64,000 nt of DNA, taken from sequence record PZ386951.1; one strand, written 5' to 3'. Positions 38,065 to 46,839 of the stretch are shown in pieces. The notes under the pieces are model-generated. The model made no database searches. It was not told the origin of the DNA and was given only the letters and a program-made list of their open reading frames with translations. Source of the DNA: a phage. The stretch's first letter is position 1; each line of letters opens with the position of its first letter. Position numbers and translations under genes: made by a program.

Positions 38065-39747
38065 TTAAACCATTACAGTAAATCGACCGACTTTCTTCAT
38101 TTGAAGATGCTGACCATATTCTTGCGGGTCATGGTCTTTATGCGAAATTATAAAAACATTAGTGTTTTTCATTGAATTTATAATATTAGCTACACCTTTA
38201 ATACCTTCGGCATCAAATGACCCATCAAACACTTCATCAAGAATTAATGTACTAATACTAACACCAGATACGATAGAAGCAATATCACGCCAAGTAAATA
38301 AAAGAGCAATATCGATTCGTGCCTTTTCACCTTCACTAAATGAAGCATAACTAAAATCTTCACGACCACGGGATTTAATTGTCTCATTAAATTCTTCATC
38401 TAATGTAAACACATAATCCGCTTCCATTATTTTAAGATAATGGTTAATCTGCTTATTAAATAATGGAATGTACTTTTTAATAATAGCACCTTTAATACCA
38501 GAATCTTTGAGCATATCAGTCAAAATTCCTCGGTGATATTTTTCCATTACTAAATTAGTTTTTGTCTTAACAATTTTATCAAGTTCTTCTTGAAGCAGTG
38601 CTATTTCGTCAGCATGGTCAATAAACTCAGAAGATGCTTTTTCTATAGCTGCTTTAACTTTTTTGGCTTTATCTACCGTCGTGATTAGAGATTGCTTTTT
38701 ATTGCGAATATCATTTGCCAACGACTGCTGGGTTTTAATATTATCTCGGTATTCATCAACAAGAACTTTTAAATTATCACGATGTGTTGAAAGCTGTTCA
38801 AACGAATGCGTACATTCAGAAACTTTATCTTTAATTTTAGAAACAACTTTATCACCGGAACTCAATTGTGACAAACAGGTTGGACATAATCCACCTTCGT
38901 GATACATATTAATGACTTTATTATATGAGTCAATTTTTGATTTAATTAAAAATGCTTCTTGACCGATTTTATTAAATGCATCAGTCGGGTCTTCATCCAA
39001 AACAATATTAACTAATCTTTCATTAGCTTCTTCTATTTCCGATTTTAGCGTTCTAGCTTCTTTTGCCAAATCATCATACATATTTTGTAGACGAGTAAGG
39101 TTGTCACCCGTTAATTTTTTCTGGCGTTCAACGTTATCATTATATATTTTAATTTGTTGGATAATACTATCTTTTTTAACATCAAGCACTTGGTTTTGTG
39201 AATTTAATTCACGTATTAGTGCTTTATTAAGCTTATCCATTTCAGCTAATGTTCCTACCTCAAGCAGGTCTTCCACAAGCTTTCTTCGCGCAGGGGTCGA
39301 CAAACCCATGAAAGGGGTATACCCTGCTGTACCAAGGACAACAATCTGCTTGAAACTGGCATATGACATTCCGATAAGCTGTTCAAATTCTGCTTGGAAA
39401 TCTTTACTGCTGGCAGATTCATTAAGACGTGTACCGTTAACGGTGATTTCGAAAACGTTTGGTTTTTGTCCTCTTTTGATATAGTACTTTTTCTCATCAT
39501 ATTCCATCCACAGTTCAACTAAAAGTTCTTTCTTATTTGTGCTGTTTATTAATTGACCTTTCTTTACATCACGGAATGGCTTGCCAAAAAGCCCAAATGT
39601 GATGGCTTCTAACATAGTAGACTTACCACCGCCATTTCGTCCAGTAATAAGAGTTTTTTGAACCTTATCTAATTGAATGTCAATCCCATTTTGACCAACT
39701 GACATTATATTTTTATATTTTACTCTATTAAGTTTAAAATTCTTCAC
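38065..39747 (-). CDS. 46: recombination nuclease subunit gp46 (SbcC/Rad50-like)
   Basis: 560-aa ORF, same length as T4 gp46; Walker A GRNGGGKST; coiled-coil middle; CPTC zinc hook. Confidence 0.92.
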   Translation of the reverse strand: MKNFKLNRVKYKNIMSVGQNGIDIQLDKVQKTLITGRNGGGKSTMLEAITFGLFGKPFRDVKKGQLINSTNKKELLVELWMEYDEKKYYIKRGQKPNVFEITVNGTRLNESASSKDFQAEFEQLIGMSYASFKQIVVLGTAGYTPFMGLSTPARRKLVEDLLEVGTLAEMDKLNKALIRELNSQNQVLDVKKDSIIQQIKIYNDNVERQKKLTGDNLTRLQNMYDDLAKEARTLKSEIEEANERLVNIVLDEDPTDAFNKIGQEAFLIKSKIDSYNKVINMYHEGGLCPTCLSQLSSGDKVVSKIKDKVSECTHSFEQLSTHRDNLKVLVDEYRDNIKTQQSLANDIRNKKQSLITTVDKAKKVKAAIEKASSEFIDHADEIALLQEELDKIVKTKTNLVMEKYHRGILTDMLKDSGIKGAIIKKYIPLFNKQINHYLKIMEADYVFTLDEEFNETIKSRGREDFSYASFSEGEKARIDIALLFTWRDIASIVSGVSISTLILDEVFDGSFDAEGIKGVANIINSMKNTNVFIISHKDHDPQEYGQHLQMKKVGRFTVMV

Positions 39748-40007
39748 AAAAGATTCCTTTTAATGTATCTTTTAGACCATTCTATCATATCATCATAATC
39801 TAAAAAGTATTCATCAAATTCAGCCATGCAAACAACGCCTTGTGCTGTTTTTGATGTGATATAAATTATTCCAACATATCTAGAATCTTCTTCGGTATAA
39901 TCAATGTTTGCTATGAATTCATCATTAATGTCAAATGTCGAAAACTTCACAGTATGCATCCTTAATACAAGATACAGCCATATCTCGTAATGATTTAGGT
40001 GTGTCAT
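39744..40007 (-). CDS. hypothetical protein (87 aa)
   Basis: Minus ORF between 47 and 46. Confidence 0.5.
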   Translation of the reverse strand: MTHLNHYEIWLYLVLRMHTVKFSTFDINDEFIANIDYTEEDSRYVGIIYITSKTAQGVVCMAEFDEYFLDYDDMIEWSKRYIKRNLL

Positions 40008-40194
40008 TATCTAAAATGTTGAAGTTAAAAGATACAGCCCAGTCAGTGCAGACTGTAACCTTTTTAATACAATTATCTTCAACCTCTAACGGTTCAAACC
40101 AGTATTCAATAATTTCTTTATGCCCAATATCATCTTTTACTTCGCATTCAAAATGCTGACTCATCATAACATTTTTAAATTCATCAAAAGTCAT
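39931..40194 (-). CDS. hypothetical protein (87 aa)
   Basis: Minus ORF; overlaps previous ORF in another frame, so start of one may be mis-set. Confidence 0.45.
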   Translation of the reverse strand: MTFDEFKNVMMSQHFECEVKDDIGHKEIIEYWFEPLEVEDNCIKKVTVCTDWAVSFNFNILDNDTPKSLRDMAVSCIKDAYCEVFDI

Positions 40195-41210
40195 TGTGTT
40201 GCCTCTACATATAACTGATTTGCATATTGAATAAGTGCTTCACGGTCAGAATCAGTGATGTCTGGAATTGCATTAATATACTCTTCCATTAATGTCTGAA
40301 GCGATTGAACTTCAACTTCTTCACTGTCATCTGACTCGACAGAGTTATCAATCTTTGACACAACTCGTAATGAATGCACAACTTTTTCTAGTTCAGATTC
40401 GAACTTCGTCAGATTTTTGTCTACCTCAGTTACTATAACACGTACTGATAGATTTGTAAAATCTTTATAGTCAATTTTTCCTTTAAATGGATAATGAATT
40501 CTACGATGCCAGGTAGTGTTGTTTGGAATAAATTCCATTCGTTCTGTTTCTGTATCAAACATCCAGAACCCACGAGGGTCATTCTCGTCACCTGCAGTTA
40601 GTGTCCATGGTGTACCAATATATCTGACGTTAGCAGCCTCAGAGATAGTATGGAAGTGACCAGACCACACTTCTTTATAAGTCTTAAGGAAATCAGGTTC
40701 AAGACCGTGAGATTTCATTCCTTTATAAAAATAAAATCCATTCAGCTCCCAGTGACCAACACAAAAAGAAGCAGATGAAGTTTTGATGTGTTCAAGAATT
40801 TCACCAGTATTTTCTTCACACATCCAAGGAATTAAATCAATTAAACATCCGTCAAAATCTACTGTAGTAGGCTTATCATATACTTTAACATTAGGATATT
40901 TAGCCAAAAGCTCAGTAGAGGCATTTGGATGCATTACATTTTTGTAGTGGAGATCGTGATTTCCTACAATAGTATGTAATGTGATTCCAGCACCATCAAG
41001 CATTTGAACTATTTCACGGGCAAACTCCATAGTTTTATGCGTGATTGCTTTTCGCACATCAAAAATATCACCATATTGAATCCATACAGTAATTCCATTT
41101 TTCTTAGAATATTCTATCGCTTGCTTAATTCCATCAATTTGAATACCGCGAATCCACTCATCATCAGCTTTAACGCCTAAATGCCAATCACCTAAATTTA
41201 AAATTTTCAT
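40191..41210 (-). CDS. 47: recombination nuclease subunit gp47 (SbcD/Mre11-like phosphoesterase)
   Basis: 339-aa ORF, same length as T4 gp47; metallophosphatase motifs DWHLG, GNHD. Confidence 0.92.
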   Translation of the reverse strand: MKILNLGDWHLGVKADDEWIRGIQIDGIKQAIEYSKKNGITVWIQYGDIFDVRKAITHKTMEFAREIVQMLDGAGITLHTIVGNHDLHYKNVMHPNASTELLAKYPNVKVYDKPTTVDFDGCLIDLIPWMCEENTGEILEHIKTSSASFCVGHWELNGFYFYKGMKSHGLEPDFLKTYKEVWSGHFHTISEAANVRYIGTPWTLTAGDENDPRGFWMFDTETERMEFIPNNTTWHRRIHYPFKGKIDYKDFTNLSVRVIVTEVDKNLTKFESELEKVVHSLRVVSKIDNSVESDDSEEVEVQSLQTLMEEYINAIPDITDSDREALIQYANQLYVEATQ

Positions 41211-41347
41211 ATATCAAGAACCGTCATTGAAATGCAAAATAAAATTATTGAAATAAACCCATCTGGGGTGCTAAAGAACCCAATCCAACATGCTCTAGTG
41301 AATAGATAAAATGCGAGAAAAAGTATCACATATCCAAGAAATATCAT
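41207..41347 (-). CDS. small membrane protein (46 aa)
   Basis: MIFLGYVILFLAFYLFTRACWIGFFSTPDGFISIILFCISMTVLDI; ATG overlaps gene 47 start region; weak call. Confidence 0.3.
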   Translation of the reverse strand: MIFLGYVILFLAFYLFTRACWIGFFSTPDGFISIILFCISMTVLDI

Positions 41348-41370
41348 TATATCAAACTCCGTATAAAGCT
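41346..41370 (-). promoter_or_regulatory. middle-promoter-like element (AGCTTTA, 12 nt, TATAAT)
   Basis: Pattern match only; its -10 overlaps the small ORF start, so function is uncertain. Confidence 0.3.
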
Positions 41371-41388
41371 AAAGGGCCGAAGCCCTTT
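41371..41388 (-). terminator. GC stem-loop (UUCG loop) 3' of a-gt
   Basis: AAAGGGC CGAA GCCCTTT overlapping a-gt stop. Confidence 0.5.
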
Positions 41389-42589
41389 ATTTTGTAATAA
41401 TGTCAAACTGCTCTTTAAAGCAGAAGCTTGAATCTTGATGCTGATACAAAAATTCATATGCTTTTTCTCGCTCACGGTCATAAAGAGCTCGGTCAGATGA
41501 CAGTTCTTTAATACGCTCGAATGTTGATTCCATGTCATTTTCATCAAACCAAATGATACCGCTATCATGAGAAATTAATGGAGTGTTATCAACACGGAAT
41601 TTTAAATTTTCGCCCGTAGATTTCCAAAATACCGGAATTGTTCCACATGCACCAAGCTCGAGATGAGTATATTCTAAAGAGCGCTGTAGATATTTTTTAT
41701 CCAACTTACTCAACTGATAACCAAAACCGGATTTACTCATACGTTCAAGCATTTCGCTATTTACATAACGGTCAAGAATTTGCGTTGGCAAATTAGGAGC
41801 AATTTTAATTTGGTCTACTTGATGAAGACGATAATACTCGTATGGAATTCCTTTTTCTTTAATAGGAATGAACGCTGGAGAACGTTCTAGACCTTCCATA
41901 ATAGTACTTAGTCCTGCAGGTTTAAGATATTTTTCATGAAAATCAAACATCTGATAAAAACCTTTCCATGTAGTCGTACGACCAATCCAACGATTGATAT
42001 TCATGTTAATTTCAGAAACATCTTTCCAGTATGTTGATCGAACCTTTGCAATATCCATCGGAGGCTGAAAGTTATATACGGTCGGTGCTTCTTCAATATC
42101 ATCAAACAGAGAAACAGTTTCTGGATACCACTCTTTCATCAGAACTTTATTAAAATCACCATTATCAGAATGGCTAAAAATAACATCAGCCCGACGAACA
42201 GTTTCTTCTAATCCCAAATTTCGACGCAAAGAAAGAGAAGAATGGTCATGCTGATAAACTACAACACGAACCGAAGGTTTAATGTTATCAATAATTTTTT
42301 TATAGTTATTAATTGTGTCTTCTTCAACTGAAGTAGCAGGAACTGAATTGATAATTAGAATATCACAATCATTTACCAGCTTAAGTGTTTTATCGTATTC
42401 TTTTGCCAATAAAACAGGAATTGAAAATGATTTATAATCATGTGCACAGTTACGAGTAAATGATTTATCTTTAGCATAAACCAAAGTTACTTCATGACCA
42501 TTTTTAATAAACCAATCACGTTGCTCAAGAGAAAATTTAGTTACACCACAACCTTCAAGACCTCGAGCCATAAAAATACATACTTTCAT
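41387..42589 (-). CDS. a-gt: DNA alpha-glucosyltransferase
   Basis: 400-aa ORF; MKVCIFMARGLEGCGVTKFSLEQRDWFIKNGHEVTLVYAKDKSF matches recalled T4 alpha-gt. Confidence 0.9.
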   Translation of the reverse strand: MKVCIFMARGLEGCGVTKFSLEQRDWFIKNGHEVTLVYAKDKSFTRNCAHDYKSFSIPVLLAKEYDKTLKLVNDCDILIINSVPATSVEEDTINNYKKIIDNIKPSVRVVVYQHDHSSLSLRRNLGLEETVRRADVIFSHSDNGDFNKVLMKEWYPETVSLFDDIEEAPTVYNFQPPMDIAKVRSTYWKDVSEINMNINRWIGRTTTWKGFYQMFDFHEKYLKPAGLSTIMEGLERSPAFIPIKEKGIPYEYYRLHQVDQIKIAPNLPTQILDRYVNSEMLERMSKSGFGYQLSKLDKKYLQRSLEYTHLELGACGTIPVFWKSTGENLKFRVDNTPLISHDSGIIWFDENDMESTFERIKELSSDRALYDREREKAYEFLYQHQDSSFCFKEQFDIITK

Positions 42590-42640
42590 TTAATATCCTC
42601 TTTGTTTTGGTTTATTTTACCAAAAATTTATAAAGCAATA

Positions 42641-42658
42641 TAGGAGCCGAAGCTCCTA
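42641..42658 (-). other. GC stem-loop (UUCG loop)
   Basis: TAGGAGC CGAA GCTCCTA. Confidence 0.45.
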
Positions 42659-42832
42659 TCCACATAATACACCGTATAGAGGCTCATTAGAGCTTCTAAA
42701 TTTTCTGCGCTTATATGTTATAGTTCCTTCTGCTTTAGCTTTATCATGAGACTCTTTAAAGCGTCTCATCATTTCCTCTTTAGAGGAACGAATTTTATTA
42801 TAATCTATTTCAGAAGTCTGGGTGTTCATCTT

Positions 42833-43039
42833 TCATAACTGCCACCATTTTTTGACTTGATAAGAATCAACCCACACTTTCATATTAGGGTTTGCTCTTA
42901 CAATAGGAGGATTAACTTCTTTAATTGAACTATCGTGGTATTCTTTTTCAGAAATTTTCACACAAAGATGACCATTCAAAGATTCAGTAAATCCTGCATT
43001 AATTTTAAGACGCTTGAATTTTACGTGTGTAAGCATCAA
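42833..43039 (-). CDS. hypothetical protein (68 aa)
   Basis: Minus ORF with ATG start. Confidence 0.5.
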   Translation of the reverse strand: MMLTHVKFKRLKINAGFTESLNGHLCVKISEKEYHDSSIKEVNPPIVRANPNMKVWVDSYQVKKWWQL

Positions 43040-43322
43040 TCATATCCTCAATCTGCGATCTAGTAGTCTTCCAAAGAATACTGATGAGTTCATCGTTATA
43101 TGGCTGTTTTAGAATATCCCGACTTTTCTTGATAGCATATTCGTATTGAGCAAAATTATTATTTTCAGCTGCAATCTGAGCGTGCTTATAAAGACGATTC
43201 AGTTCACGTTTGTTTTTAGACAATAACTTATTTGCTTTTCTTTCTGCTTCAAGACGGTTCTTTTCTTCAATAGAAGAAATAAGCTTTTCCACTTCATCAT
43301 TAATTTCGGGTTTATCAGTCAT
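43005..43322 (-). CDS. hypothetical protein (105 aa)
   Basis: Minus ORF with ATG start. Confidence 0.5.
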   Translation of the reverse strand: MTDKPEINDEVEKLISSIEEKNRLEAERKANKLLSKNKRELNRLYKHAQIAAENNNFAQYEYAIKKSRDILKQPYNDELISILWKTTRSQIEDMIDAYTRKIQAS

Positions 43323-43323
43323 A

Positions 43324-43542
43324 TTATTTCTCTAATATAAAATAAAAATCATCATCTGTTAAATGATACCGATAGTTTAATTCTACACCATTAGATTTAA
43401 AAGCGGTATCATACGGATTTTCTGGATCAATATCAATGTCAAGAGCTAAAACTTCCCTGAGATACATTTTAAGTAAATAGGGAATAGCTTCAACTTCAGG
43501 TATTTCTTCCAAGAATCCGGAGAGGTTAATCGTTAGCCTCAT
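43324..43542 (-). CDS. hypothetical protein (72 aa)
   Basis: Minus ORF immediately downstream of gene 55. Confidence 0.5.
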
Positions 43543-44083
43543 ATAAAAAATCCAAACTAGGAGAATCGTCTACAACACTTTTCTTTTCAGCCCCCGGTGT
43601 TCTATAAGTTGATTCTTCGTAATGCGTCATTTTATCGTAGATGTCTTGAATAAAAGTTTCATCTACTAACGCAACCATATCGTCGTCACGACTGTCATAG
43701 ACATTGTGAACGAAGTAACTATATTTCTTTGCAACTTCCTTACGTTCTTTTTTAATACGTTGGACGAATGCATTAAAACAAGCTTGAGTTATATATGCAT
43801 GTGGGTTTTTATATTTCGTTTCATCAAAATTATGAAGCCCCTTAATAGAAGCTTCTATACCGTCTGCAATCATTTCTTGTTTCCAAGACTGGGTGTATCC
43901 TGAAAAGTTGAAACGTTTAGATAAGCCTTCTGCAATAAGCATAATGGCTAATCCGATAGTATCATTCTGACGAACTACTTTATTTGGGTCTTTATTATTT
44001 GCTAATTCTGTTTTCCAATCAATAATAGCTTGTAAAAGCTCTTTATTGTTTACGTAATTATATTTAGGCTTAGTTTCTGACAT
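43526..44083 (-). CDS. 55: late sigma factor gp55
   Basis: 185 aa from [17 protein letters not shown] (GAGGTGA RBS), same length as T4 gp55. Confidence 0.88.
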
Positions 44084-44165
44084 TTTCACCTCTTAGCTCA
44101 ATTCATAGATCTATTATATCATAATATTTGAAGATCTATCTTAAAGCATAGAGGATGAATCAATT

Positions 44166-44381
44166 TCAAGAATTCATCAGCTTAGCCGCTCCAAGAGCTG
44201 CATCTAGTGAATCAAATTGGTCAACATATTCAATCAATTCGCCGTAATTAGCGTATAACCACCATTGGCTAAATTCATACTCAAGGATGAATCCATTTCC
44301 TTCAATTTGAGTTAAACCATTGCCGTTTGTATTTACTTCATATCCGGCAAGACGTAAATCGTTAATAAGAGCTTCGTTCAT
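44166..44381 (-). CDS. hypothetical protein (71 aa)
   Basis: Minus ORF with ATG start. Confidence 0.5.
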   Translation of the reverse strand: MNEALINDLRLAGYEVNTNGNGLTQIEGNGFILEYEFSQWWLYANYGELIEYVDQFDSLDAALGAAKLMNS

Positions 44382-44383
44382 AA

Positions 44384-44710
44384 TTATACCTTAGTAATTT
44401 TCAGGTCTGCAAATTTTTTCTTGCGTTGATTTTTCATGCGACGAATAGTTTTATCGGAAATTTCATGCTTTTGATAAGCTTTAGATTCTACACCAAAAGC
44501 TTTAACATCAAATTCTGACAAGATATATTGAACCAACAATTCACGGACAGTATTGCGTCCAATCTTCTGATCATTCTGTTTCATCGTCTGATGAAGCTCT
44601 TTTTCCCATTTATCCAAAATTTGAGGAGTTACAATATCGCCTTTTTCTAGCAAAGAAACTACTTTATCATATGCGTAAGAATTGATGGCGTTTTTAATTT
44701 GAATAGTCAT
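44384..44710 (-). CDS. hypothetical protein (108 aa)
   Basis: Minus ORF with ATG start. Confidence 0.55.
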   Translation of the reverse strand: MTIQIKNAINSYAYDKVVSLLEKGDIVTPQILDKWEKELHQTMKQNDQKIGRNTVRELLVQYILSEFDVKAFGVESKAYQKHEISDKTIRRMKNQRKKKFADLKITKV

Positions 44711-44747
44711 ACATTATCCTCAATTACGTTAAAATTTTATTATCCAA

Positions 44748-44764
44748 AAAGGGCCGAAGCCCTT
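44748..44764 (-). terminator. GC stem-loop (UUCG loop)
   Basis: AAAGGGC CGAA GCCCTT. Confidence 0.5.
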
Positions 44765-44963
44765 AGCTAAACTTTTTGGCACCCTTCCAGCCTTCATACA
44801 TCATTGCGGCTGATATTAATATTGCTCCTGAGCAACTTGAATATTTGTGATTCCAAAACCAGTTTAGAAAAACTTCATCGTCAATACCTTGGGCTATCAT
44901 ATTTTCAAAGAACTGACGACGAGATTCGGCAATTCGTTGTGATAATTTAGATTCAGGATTCAT
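44763..44963 (-). CDS. hypothetical protein (66 aa)
   Basis: Minus ORF with ATG start. Confidence 0.5.
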   Translation of the reverse strand: MNPESKLSQRIAESRRQFFENMIAQGIDDEVFLNWFWNHKYSSCSGAILISAAMMYEGWKGAKKFS

Positions 44964-45095
44964 TTAAATTTTCCAGTTACCGTTTTCATCAATAAATTTA
45001 ATCCAGTCATTTACTGACCACTTAGTTGTATCACCTTTTGGAGTAACATTTAAAGTGTATAACCCCTGCTTAAAAAGCATTCGTTTGATATTCAT
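44964..45095 (-). CDS. hypothetical protein (about 43 aa)
   Basis: Start set at internal ATG 45093-45095 with GAGGAAAA RBS; track ORF 44964..45179 overlaps the next gene. Confidence 0.35.
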   Translation of the reverse strand: MNIKRMLFKQGLYTLNVTPKGDTTKWSVNDWIKFIDENGNWKI

Positions 45096-45102
45096 ATTTT
45101 CC

Positions 45103-45396
45103 TCAGCTGTAACGATAACACTCGTTTGATTTACGTTTAGCAACTCGTTGAGAAGTATTATAATCAAAATCATCGTCAATGTAAACTGATTTTTTCAACT
45201 TTCTTACTTCACCACGTAATTGGCGATTTAGCTCATCTTTAACTTCTGAATCAATGCCTTTCATTCTACGCCATTTATCCGAGCGAAAAATGTTTTCAAC
45301 CATATCTTTATGACTTACCCCATCAGGAGCTTTACGCTTTCCGAAATAGTCATAATCACGCACTTTTAAGTCTTTACGACGATACGTTTTACCCAT
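45103..45396 (-). CDS. hypothetical basic protein (about 97 aa)
   Basis: Start at ATG 45394-45396 with AAGGAAA RBS; K/R-rich. Confidence 0.5.
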   Translation of the reverse strand: MGKTYRRKDLKVRDYDYFGKRKAPDGVSHKDMVENIFRSDKWRRMKGIDSEVKDELNRQLRGEVRKLKKSVYIDDDFDYNTSQRVAKRKSNECYRYS

Positions 45397-45571
45397 GGAG
45401 TTTAATTTCCTTAGCAACTGAACTAAATACAGCACGATCACAAATCATGCGTTTATGTAACTTGAGTATAATATAGCAAACTTCAAAACTATTTACATGA
45501 ATAACACGAACAGCATTACCATTAATGAGATAATACTGTCCCTTTTTAATTTCTTTATCAACCACAACCAT
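45389..45571 (-). CDS. hypothetical protein (60 aa)
   Basis: Minus ORF downstream of early promoter. Confidence 0.5.
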   Translation of the reverse strand: MVVVDKEIKKGQYYLINGNAVRVIHVNSFEVCYIILKLHKRMICDRAVFSSVAKEIKLHG

Positions 45572-45600
45572 ATCAATTCCTCAAAGGTAATTCATATGTT

Positions 45601-45632
45601 AATAATACCACGGTTTGAACTTGTTGTAAACA
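45601..45632 (-). promoter_or_regulatory. T4-type early promoter
   Basis: AATAATACCA at 45601-45610, GTAAAC at 45627-45632. Confidence 0.6.
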
Positions 45633-45712
45633 ACTTTGTGAAAAATATTTTAGGGAATGACAAGAAGGGAACGATAGCTTAGAATGGTAATATACAGAAT
45701 GCGAGAAAGAAA

Positions 45713-45725
45713 GGCCCAGAGGGCC
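45713..45725 (-). terminator. GC stem-loop 3' of nrdH
   Basis: GGCCC AGA GGGCC. Confidence 0.45.
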
Positions 45726-45729
45726 CGTC

Positions 45730-46038
45730 TTAATCTTCTATGATATCTCTATCATATCCAAGTGAAATGAGAGTTTCTTTGAAGTGTTTAATGTTCTTTT
45801 GTCTAGAATCATTAATGAAAATGACCGGATAACGAATGTTAAGAGATGTGAATCCAGCGCGTTTAGCAAGAGATACAATCAGCGGACGATCATACTCAAT
45901 CTTACCATTATTTGTAAGAACTTTATAGAAAGTAAAAGGAGCATTGAGCTCCTTTAGAAGTTTTGTAACTGATTGACATCCAGGACAACGACCTACTTCA
46001 TCTGGAATTCCATAGACTTCAATCTTATTTTGTTTCAC
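45730..46038 (-). CDS. nrdH: NrdH glutaredoxin-like protein
   Basis: 102 aa with CPGC redox motif; GTG start in track. Confidence 0.75.
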   Translation of the reverse strand: MKQNKIEVYGIPDEVGRCPGCQSVTKLLKELNAPFTFYKVLTNNGKIEYDRPLIVSLAKRAGFTSLNIRYPVIFINDSRQKNIKHFKETLISLGYDRDIIED

Positions 46039-46040
46039 AA

Positions 46041-46253
46041 CTATTCCTTACTAAGAGCAGCATTCAGCTTGTTAGTAATTTTATCCAGACGCTTATTGAA
46101 CTCACTAGAAGATAAGCCCTTTTCTGGAGAAATTAAACTAATAACGAAAAATACAACAATAAAAGGAATAAGGAAAATAGCTCCAACTGCCATAAACAGA
46201 AAGAATGTTACAGTTGTAAGAAAATCAGCTAAACCTTTACGAAATTTATACAT
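46041..46253 (-). CDS. small membrane protein (70 aa)
   Basis: Hydrophobic core FFLFMAVGAIFLIPFIVVFFVISLI. Confidence 0.5.
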   Translation of the reverse strand: MYKFRKGLADFLTTVTFFLFMAVGAIFLIPFIVVFFVISLISPEKGLSSSEFNKRLDKITNKLNAALSKE

Positions 46254-46368
46254 ATTTTACCCTTAATTGATTAACCAAGCATTGATAAGCACTAAACTAT
46301 ATTGCGAATAAAATTCTGGACCAAAATGAAAAATCATATCATTTATAGTATCCATAATGTAATTCAAT

Positions 46369-46839
46369 TTAATCATGTGTCCACACCCCATCGGTATTTG
46401 ACCAAAGTCGCTGATTATCTGATCCTCGCCACAGCTTTTTAGTCGGAAGATTTTTCTCATACTTCCCATCAATAATAACATCAACATATTTAAGCATTTC
46501 TAGTTGTTTAATATCTTCAAACTTATATCCTGTCCACAACCAAATGCTTTTATTGGGATAAAGATTTTTAATAGTTTGAACCACAGAGTGAATCACGTCT
46601 CTGTTATCAGGATAAAGAGGGTCACCTCCGGTTATAGTTAATCCTTCTATATAATCATTATTCAAACATTCAATTAATTGTTCTAGTGTTTCACCAGTGA
46701 ATGGAATACCATTTCTAGCATTCCATGTTGATTTATTATAACACCCTTCACATTTATGCAAACAACCTGTAACGAAAAGAACGACCCTGCAACCAGGGCC
46801 ATTAACAAAATCGCAAGGATAAAATCTATCATAATTCAT
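46369..46839 (-). CDS. nrdG: anaerobic ribonucleotide reductase activase NrdG (radical SAM)
   Basis: 156-aa ORF with cysteine cluster CLHKCEGC; 4-nt overlap with nrdD. Confidence 0.9.
   Translation of the reverse strand: MNYDRFYPCDFVNGPGCRVVLFVTGCLHKCEGCYNKSTWNARNGIPFTGETLEQLIECLNNDYIEGLTITGGDPLYPDNRDVIHSVVQTIKNLYPNKSIWLWTGYKFEDIKQLEMLKYVDVIIDGKYEKNLPTKKLWRGSDNQRLWSNTDGVWTHD

Noticed and set aside
41347-41568. 73-aa minus-strand ORF overlapping the 3' end of a-gt
   Set aside because: Nested out of frame in the C-terminal coding region of a-gt and across its terminator hairpin; no RBS.
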